The notes beneath the pieces were generated by a model. The model was not told the origin of the DNA, ran no database searches, and was given only the letters and a program-made list of their open reading frames with translations. Of a stretch of DNA of 6,049 nucleotides, positions 1 to 4,569 are shown in pieces. A program made the position numbers and the translations under genes. The stretch covers positions 1 to 6,049 of the IMG/VR virus record IMGVR_UViG_3300020041_000010; one strand, written 5' to 3'. This stretch comes from a virus. How positions within the stretch are numbered: position 1 is the first letter of the stretch; each line of letters opens with the position of its first letter.

Positions 1-121
1 AGCGGCGTCACCCCTGATTATTTAAACTATCAAGGGTCGGATTATTTTAATCCTATATATAATGATATTGGATATCAGGATGTCCCCGCCGCGCGGCTTT
101 TCAGTAATGCTGCAGGCTCAA
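1..121. repeat. Terminal redundancy, copy 1 (identical to 5929..6049); circular-genome overlap
   Basis: Base-by-base comparison shows agcggcgtcacccctgattatttaaactatcaagg...agtaatgctgcaggctcaa at both window ends, 121/121 identical. The reading frame of the capsid ORF is preserved across the join (5929 and 1 are both first codon positions). Confidence 0.95.
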
Positions 122-453
122 ACCTTGGACTCTCCGTTGCTTACGAGCCTTGTTTTAACGAGTTTCGTTCATCTTATGATGAGGTATTGGGCTCTCTGTC
201 TTCGTACCCTGCCCCTTCGATAGGTACCCCCAAGGCTCTTTACTCGTATTGGGTACAGCAGCGTTCGCTTGGTTTTTCGTATGTAGGTTCCGCTAGCGCT
301 AATTATTATCCTGCACTCTTTGTGGATATGGCTCAGGTTAATTCCCCCTTTGCTTCTGATGTAGAGGATAATTTCTTTATAAATATGTCTTATTCGGTTC
401 AGAAGAAGAACTTGATCAACAAGACTTTTGCAACCCGTTTGTCTAATCGCTAA
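1..453 (+). CDS. Major capsid protein VP1/F, C-terminal part (continuation of 4570..5928 across the circular junction; stop TAA 451..453)
   Basis: Frame +1 is open from base 1 to TAA at 451-453 with no start needed: SGVTPDYLNYQGSDYFNPIYNDIGYQDVPAARLFSNAAGSNLGLSVAYEPCFNEFRSSYDEVLGSLSSYP...TFATRLSNR*. The first 121 nt duplicate the end of ORF 4570..6049 in the same frame. The track's 187..453 ORF is a TTG-initiated truncation of this. Confidence 0.9.
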   Translation, partial: SGVTPDYLNYQGSDYFNPIYNDIGYQDVPAARLFSNAAGSNLGLSVAYEPCFNEFRSSYDEVLGSLSSYPAPSIGTPKALYSYWVQQRSLGFSYVGSASANYYPALFVDMAQVNSPFASDVEDNFFINMSYSVQKKNLINKTFATRLSNR

Positions 454-465
454 TTTACTGATTCT

Positions 466-762
466 ATGGCACTTGATTGGTTACTTGAGGACGCTCCCGC
501 TTATGTTTCCCGCGGTCAGCGAATTATGTCTGTCCTTGACGGCTCTGGCTCCGTTGACGTTTTGCCCGGTCGTCCGGATGTGGTGGTAGAGCCTTCTGAT
601 TTCGAGAAGGAGGAGAGGTTTAATCCTGAAATTGACTTCGACCCCAATTCATTCTCTCGTATGGATAAATTCGATGGACTTGAAGTTGGCCAGGAACTTA
701 TTGATTCAGAATTGGATAAGTCGAAACCTGCTTCGAAGTCTGCTACCTCTGAAGAAAAATAG
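466..762 (+). CDS. Hypothetical acidic 98-aa protein (position and charge compatible with a scaffolding/assembly protein; function unproven)
   Basis: ATG-initiated ORF 12 nt after the capsid stop, on the same strand, with T-ending codon preference like its neighbours. It is strongly D/E-rich (EPSDFEKEERFNPEIDFDPNSF...ELIDSELDK). I recognise no motif. Confidence 0.6.
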   Translation: MALDWLLEDAPAYVSRGQRIMSVLDGSGSVDVLPGRPDVVVEPSDFEKEERFNPEIDFDPNSFSRMDKFDGLEVGQELIDSELDKSKPASKSATSEEK

Positions 763-792
763 TATTTACTTTACTTGACGATATATGCTACG

Positions 793-865
793 TGCGCGGA
801 CCCCTTCTGCGAGAGTCCGTGAATTGCTGAAGGTTATTGGTAACGACTGCAGGAGAGTCCGCGCA
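793..865 (+). other. GC-rich structured element: 9-bp inverted repeat (793-801 / 857-865), a competing 7-bp hairpin (795-801 / 815-821), a 9-bp direct repeat gagagtccg (811-819, 853-861), followed by T5
   Basis: tgcgcggac (793-801) is the exact reverse complement of gtccgcgca (857-865). cggac (797-801) can alternatively pair with gtccg (815-819). ctgc-gagagtccg and ctgcag-gagagtccg are direct repeats 42 nt apart. ttttt follows at 866-870. Confidence 0.5.
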
Positions 866-895
866 TTTTTCTATCGTTCTTTAAATTCTACCCCT

Positions 896-1087
896 ATGTC
901 TGATATTAAGAAACCCTTTTACAAGTCGAAAGCCTTTTGGACGCTCGTCTCGTCCATTGTCGCTGCTTTGGCTACCTTTTTCTTGTCCTCGTGTTCCGCG
1001 CAAGCGAAGGTTGCCCGTTCGGGTGTTCATATTGATACCGTTCGAGTAGATTATATTATTCGTTCAAACAATTTTACACTTCCCTAG
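896..1087 (+). CDS. Small putative lipoprotein, 63-aa precursor and about 31-aa mature peptide (ORF is open upstream to ATG 785)
   Basis: From ATG 896 the product is MSDIKKPFYKSKAFW-TLVSSIVAALATFF-LSSC-SAQAKVARSGVHIDTVRVDYIIRSNNFTLP. That is a Lys-rich n-region, a hydrophobic h-region and a lipobox L-S-S-C with Cys33 at 992-994. The upstream extension 785-895 uses codons rare elsewhere in this genome (AGA x2, AGG, CGG, CTA, TTA) and coincides with the repeat/hairpin element. I therefore favour 896 as the start. Confidence 0.55.
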   Translation: MSDIKKPFYKSKAFWTLVSSIVAALATFFLSSCSAQAKVARSGVHIDTVRVDYIIRSNNFTLP

Positions 1088-1088
1088 T

Positions 1089-2462
1089 ATGCAACTTATT
1101 GATTTCAAAAGCTATGTTGAGCCGGTTTCCACGGGCGCTATCCTTGGCGCCGCAGGTCTTTCCGCTGGTGGTCAGGTTGCTTCCGGTATTTTCAAACCAT
1201 CCCTTAAAAGGCAATGGAAGTATCAACAAAAGCAAATGAAGCTGCAACAGCAGTATGCTTTAGAGCAGATGCAGAAGCAGGGAGAAATCAACTACGCTAA
1301 TTGGCAGAAGCAATTCGATTATGAAAACGCTTATAACGATCCTTCGAAAGTCTTCGATCGCTATCTCAAAGCTGGCGTCACACCTGCTGCCGTTTTGGGC
1401 TCTTCAGGTGTTGGCGTTAATGCTACTATGTCTGGCGGTTCTCCCGGTAATGTAGGTGCTTCTGGCCCATCTGGTGGATCTTTTGATTTTTCGAGCCCCC
1501 TACCCCCTGGTGCTGGTTCTGCCGCTGCTGGAGTTGCCCTTGATGCTATGGGCGTCAATTCAACCATCGAACGCAATAAGGCTGCCGCTGCTCGTGATGC
1601 GGCTGAAGCTCGTTCTATTGACGACCAGAATGTTGGTAATCAACTTTATGTTGCTATGGCTAGAGCTCGTGTCGACCTCGATGCGGCTATTACTGCTCAC
1701 AACTTGGCCGCTCGCGATGTTCTTAAGATTCAGGAGGATATAGAAAAGAATAATCGATTTATTTCCGATGCTACCCTTTTGAGTGCTATTGATGAAAAGA
1801 AGAATCAGGCTGCTCTCGTTGCTGCAATGGTTAAGAATCTGGGTATTGAGAATGACAATTTGGGTAAACTTATGTCGGCCCAGGCCTTTATGATGAATAC
1901 CCAGGGCGCGCTCAATCAGGTTCTCGGTGAACAGGCTGGCGAGGTGATCCAATCTCTTCGTCTTGATAATCTTGATTCTGCTTATGAACTTTCGAACAAC
2001 TGGGATAAGCAGTTTGACGTTGAGATTCCGAATCCCCAGTACGATAAGAATCTTCGTAGCTCCAACCCTGTCGTTCGCGCAAATCCTGGTCCCCGTTCTT
2101 TTAAGGTTTCCATGTCTCTTAAGGATTTCCATAATAAAACCGTCATAAACCAGGCGAATGCTTCTGAGTTTCTCCCTGAACAGGCTCGCATTGCCCTTCG
2201 TAACGCAAAACTTGACCCGTATATCGAGATTTCGAAGGCCCTTATAGGCGTCGCTGGTAGCGTTGTTGGCGCTGGTATTATCCGAGGTGGAATGTCTCGT
2301 GCTGCCAGCACTATTTCCGCTGGCGGCTCTTCGAGTAGCTCTGCGGGCTCTTCGTTGACGACTCGTTATGATTCGAGAGGAAATGTTGTCGGTTATGCGA
2401 AAACGGAAATGAATCGTAGTGGTCACTCTAGCACATATGGCACTACTCGTCGATCTCGTTAG
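1089..2462 (+). CDS. DNA pilot / minor capsid protein (Microviridae VP2, phiX H-like), 457 aa
   Basis: ATG lies 1 nt after the preceding stop. The N-terminus is Gly/Ala-rich, followed by a Q/K-rich segment and then YNDPSKVFDRYLKAGVTPAAVLG (1332-1400). This matches the conserved 'yN-P...R...AG-nP' signature of gokusho/alpa-type VP2 proteins. It also has a long helical, coiled-coil-like middle and a Gly/Ser-rich C-terminus. Confidence 0.8.
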   Translation: MQLIDFKSYVEPVSTGAILGAAGLSAGGQVASGIFKPSLKRQWKYQQKQMKLQQQYALEQMQKQGEINYANWQKQFDYENAYNDPSKVFDRYLKAGVTPAAVLGSSGVGVNATMSGGSPGNVGASGPSGGSFDFSSPLPPGAGSAAAGVALDAMGVNSTIERNKAAAARDAAEARSIDDQNVGNQLYVAMARARVDLDAAITAHNLAARDVLKIQEDIEKNNRFISDATLLSAIDEKKNQAALVAAMVKNLGIENDNLGKLMSAQAFMMNTQGALNQVLGEQAGEVIQSLRLDNLDSAYELSNNWDKQFDVEIPNPQYDKNLRSSNPVVRANPGPRSFKVSMSLKDFHNKTVINQANASEFLPEQARIALRNAKLDPYIEISKALIGVAGSVVGAGIIRGGMSRAASTISAGGSSSSSAGSSLTTRYDSRGNVVGYAKTEMNRSGHSSTYGTTRRSR

Positions 2463-2478
2463 AATTGTTGATTTTTTT

Positions 2479-2509
2479 TTTGCATTTTAAGTTTTTGTTG
2501 CTAGATTTG
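2479..2509 (+). promoter_or_regulatory. Bacteroidota-type promoter candidate: -33 TTTG (2479-2482), 19-nt spacer, -7 TAgaTTTG (2502-2509)
   Basis: It sits in the 73-nt VP2/ORF-2536 intergenic region and is preceded by a T10 run (2472-2481). It matches the published Bacteroides consensus TTTG / TAnnTTTG with 19-21 nt spacing. It lies about 27 nt upstream of ATG 2536. A 6-bp-arm palindrome aataat-ctt-attatt (2521-2535) abuts the start codon. Confidence 0.45.
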
Positions 2510-2535
2510 TCTCGTAAACCAATAATCTTATTATT

Positions 2536-2841
2536 ATGAAAAAGTTTAAGCAACCTGTAATTGACGAACTGTTAATCGATGTTGTAGAGTACGCGTTTGT
2601 AGAGTGGCTTATTCGTCGAGGTATATTTGCTGCCTTCAGGATGAACCTTGACCGCATTTCTCCGACTGGGGTGCCCTTTCGAGCATGCCTGCGTGAACAC
2701 ATTCGACATGCTTATCGTTCGCCTAGTCTTGGCCCCGAGTCCCTCATCTCCTCTGCTTTTATTTTCCCCTCAACTCCTGAGGGTTACGATTTCTGGCTTG
2801 AACATTCAAAAGCTTGGATTCAGTTTTACAATGAGCTTTAA
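2536..2841 (+). CDS. Hypothetical 101-aa protein (accessory; unknown function)
   Basis: ATG ORF directly downstream of the promoter candidate. Its C-terminal segment is AFIFPSTPEGYDFWLEHSKAWIQFY (an aromatic/TPEG-FW-W pattern). It has no signal peptide and no motif I can assign to a named family. Confidence 0.6.
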   Translation: MKKFKQPVIDELLIDVVEYAFVEWLIRRGIFAAFRMNLDRISPTGVPFRACLREHIRHAYRSPSLGPESLISSAFIFPSTPEGYDFWLEHSKAWIQFYNEL

Positions 2842-2864
2842 ATGAAACTTTGAATTATACTATT

Positions 2865-3188
2865 ATGACACACATTCATGTTGTTCTTCGCCGTATTAAC
2901 CCGGCTCTCAAAATTGACCTCGTTCAGGTAGGCCATCTTGATAATTGTCAGTTCTCTCCCCTTCCTTTTAGCGCTATTGCGAATTCTCCTATCGCGTGCT
3001 TCTTGAAGAGTTCAGACATCAGCGATTCGCTTTACGTTAACCATTCGGATGTCTCTGAGCTTATTGTTGCATGTGAAGATCTTCCTTGTTTCAGTATCGA
3101 GTTCTTCGATAATACGCTTGTTCTCATGTTTGACCATAATCTTAATGACGATGAAGTCGCGACGAAAGAAGAAGGGAAAGGGAACTAA
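2865..3188 (+). CDS. Hypothetical 107-aa protein (accessory; unknown function; alternative TTG start at 2850)
   Basis: ORF in frame +3 with its first ATG at 2865 (MTHIHVVLRR...) and an acidic C-terminal tail (NLNDDEVATKEEGKGN). It is followed 47 nt downstream by a strong hairpin and T-tract. Confidence 0.55.
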   Translation: MTHIHVVLRRINPALKIDLVQVGHLDNCQFSPLPFSAIANSPIACFLKSSDISDSLYVNHSDVSELIVACEDLPCFSIEFFDNTLVLMFDHNLNDDEVATKEEGKGN

Positions 3189-3234
3189 GGTAGTTACCCG
3201 CCCGCTTGGTGGAAGAGTTCTTTAACTCGTTAGT

Positions 3235-3270
3235 CCTGCGGGAGAAAAGTCTCTCGCAGGCTTTTTCTTT
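3235..3270 (+). terminator. Rho-independent terminator-like hairpin
   Basis: cctgcgggag (3235-3244) pairs with ctctcgcagg (3251-3260), giving a 10-bp stem including one G-U and a 6-nt loop aaaagt. ctttttcttt follows at 3261-3270. A smaller hairpin gagtt-cttt-aactc (3215-3228) precedes it. Confidence 0.6.
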
Positions 3271-3295
3271 AAGTGTAGAGCAATGTTTTTAAATT

Positions 3296-3496
3296 ATGGA
3301 TAATTTCGATTTCAGACCTAGGTTTTCCCCTATTGTTAATAGCGCCCCTCATCGTTATTCTGTTGGCGCATATCACGGCAAAAAGCGAGTTACTATCGCT
3401 TGGTTTGTCGACGAAATTCCGGCGAACGATTACCTTGCTCGCTGTCGTCGTACCAACCCCTATATTAAGTTTGATTGTCTCAAAAGTCTATTCTAG
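3296..3496 (+). CDS. Hypothetical 66-aa basic protein
   Basis: ATG ORF encoding MDNFDFRPRFSPIVNSAPHRYSVGAYHGKKRVTIAWFVDEIPANDYLARCRRTNPYIKFDCLKSLF. Its TAG stop (3494-3496) shares its G with the probable GTG start of Rep (taGTG), which suggests translational coupling. No motif recognised. Confidence 0.5.
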   Translation: MDNFDFRPRFSPIVNSAPHRYSVGAYHGKKRVTIAWFVDEIPANDYLARCRRTNPYIKFDCLKSLF

Positions 3497-4566
3497 TGGC
3501 CTGTTCCTCTCCCATATGGATACGTAATCGGCGTTACTTCGACAAGAAGAATCCCTGCCGTGGCGGCTCCGATGTTGCTAAATCGGCCTTGGCTCTTCGT
3601 CCTTGGGATGTTGCCCGCCAATGGCTGATGGTCCCATGCGGAAAGTGCGAGGACTGCTTGCGGCGTCAGCGTAATGACTGGTTTGTCCGCCTAGAGCGTG
3701 AGCTCGCCTACTGCAAGGCTAATAATCAGCAGGCTACTTTCGTTACTATAACGATTGCTCCGAAGTATTACAACGAAGCTCTGCTTGATCCTTCCCGATT
3801 CATCCGTCGTTTCAACGAGCGTTTGCGGCACAGACTCGGCCATTCGTTTAAGCATGCTTTCTTTCAAGAATTTGGCACACACCCTGAAATAGGAAATGAA
3901 CCTCGATTGCACTTTCACGGCTTTCTCTTTGGCACAAACGTCCTCTATAATACTATTCGCGTTGCCGTTCGAGACCTTGGTTTTGTGTGGCTGTCAAAGG
4001 CTACCCATAAGCGCGTTCGCTATTGCGTAAAATATGTTACCAAACAAATTCAATTCAACCCCGAAGAAATTTCGGATAAATATGTTACTGTAGATGGAAA
4101 ACTTACACCTTTATCTGTCCTCCTCCAACATCGCCGTTATACGCGAAAATTCATATCTGCTGGCGTTGGTGATTTTCTTGGTTATATGCCTCGCCCTTCT
4201 GCCCGTACTTCGTCGTGGTCTTATTATGATATTAAGACCTCTGTCAATTATAATTACTCGATTCCTCGATACTATAGTCGTTACCTTAAACCGGAGGACG
4301 AAGTTATACGTTCGATTACCGCTGCTGATAGTTATGCACGTTTCAGCAAGTCTCCTTTGGTTAGGCGTATTGTGTCTTTGTGTGTTGAGCGGTTCGGTCT
4401 CAATTCCTCCGTATCCCGTAGAGAGACGTATACGTGGGAGCAAAAGCAAATGATGCGTTTTGCCACTTCTTCTCGCCAGATGCCCGATTTTGACCCTCCC
4501 ACTTGGTTAGATTTGGATATTTTTCAGTTTTGGCGAGACCATTATAAACTTCAACTAATTACTTAA
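3496..4566 (+). CDS. Rolling-circle replication initiator (Microviridae VP4 / phiX A-like HUH endonuclease), 356 aa from GTG 3496 (ORF open from TTG 3475)
   Basis: RCR motif 1 is FVTITI (3739-3756). Motif 2, the HUH motif, is HFHGFLF (3910-3930). Motif 3, with two tyrosines, is YCVKYVTK (4021-4044). The Cys-rich VPCGKCEDCLRRQRNDW box is typical of gokusho/alpa-type Reps. From GTG 3496 the N-terminus reads (M)ACSSPIWIRN, matching the usual M-x-C-x-x-P start of these proteins. No in-frame ATG occurs before the conserved region. Confidence 0.88.
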   Translation: MACSSPIWIRNRRYFDKKNPCRGGSDVAKSALALRPWDVARQWLMVPCGKCEDCLRRQRNDWFVRLERELAYCKANNQQATFVTITIAPKYYNEALLDPSRFIRRFNERLRHRLGHSFKHAFFQEFGTHPEIGNEPRLHFHGFLFGTNVLYNTIRVAVRDLGFVWLSKATHKRVRYCVKYVTKQIQFNPEEISDKYVTVDGKLTPLSVLLQHRRYTRKFISAGVGDFLGYMPRPSARTSSWSYYDIKTSVNYNYSIPRYYSRYLKPEDEVIRSITAADSYARFSKSPLVRRIVSLCVERFGLNSSVSRRETYTWEQKQMMRFATSSRQMPDFDPPTWLDLDIFQFWRDHYKLQLIT

Positions 4567-4569
4567 TTT

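Noticed and set aside
1-121. Terminal direct repeats as a biological feature (phage DTR, LTR, or att sites of an integrated element)
   Set aside because: The repeat lies inside a coding sequence and its removal restores one intact capsid gene. Microviridae package circular ssDNA without terminal repeats. Assembly wrap-around of a circular molecule is the simplest explanation.
409-416. Short matches to the phiX174 origin core CAACTTGATA (aacttgat at 409-416, caacttga at 4854-4861, acttgat near 470)
   Set aside because: These are only 7-8 nt matches, which chance could produce in 6 kb. They lie inside coding regions, and the Rep here is only distantly related to phiX A, so its nick site need not resemble the phiX origin.
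187-453. 88-aa ORF listed as an independent TTG-initiated gene
   Set aside because: Its frame is open all the way back to base 1 and is continuous with ORF 4570..6049 through the 121-nt overlap. It is the C-terminal tail of the capsid protein, not a separate gene.
785-895. N-terminal 37-codon extension of the lipoprotein ORF (MLRARTPSARVRELLKVIGNDCRRVRAFFYRSLNSTP)
   Set aside because: Not firmly rejected, but disfavoured. It is enriched in codons rare in the rest of the genome, it coincides with the inverted and direct repeat element, and it would bury an otherwise canonical signal peptide. The ORF remains open, so 785 cannot be excluded from sequence alone.
1560-2426. 288-aa minus-strand ORF opposite the pilot gene, with similar antisense ORFs at 3691..3918, 4111..4449, 4591..5004 and 5191..5820
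   Set aside because: All five are codon-aligned with the sense gene: their codon boundaries share the sense frame. They therefore stay open simply because the sense genes rarely use TTA, CTA or TCA. Where I checked, they end exactly at such codons, namely sense TCA 4588-4590, TCA 5188-5190 and CTA 3688-3690. Their products are low-complexity and Arg/Ser/Ile-rich. Microviridae transcribe only the strand complementary to the packaged DNA, so all known genes are co-oriented.
2472-2481. T10 homopolymer as a slippage or phase-variation tract
   Set aside because: It is intergenic, lying after the VP2 stop and before the next ATG, so length changes would not shift any frame. It more plausibly forms the T-rich upstream part of the promoter, or a weak U-tract.
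2521-2546. AT-rich palindrome aataat-ctt-attatt plus tatgaaaa considered as a dif-like XerC/D site for provirus integration, as reported for Bacteroidota microvirus proviruses
   Set aside because: The spacer between the ATAA and TTAT half-sites is too short, and the right arm matches the XerD-arm consensus (TTATGTTAAAT) poorly. It directly abuts a start codon, so a translational or operator role, or plain AT-richness, is more likely. No integrase is encoded.
2648-2845. 65-aa ORF overlapping ORF 2536..2841 in another frame
   Set aside because: It is a +1-frame hydrophobic ORF of the type generated by T-rich third positions. It is short, and its end coincides with the host ORF's end. There is no independent support.
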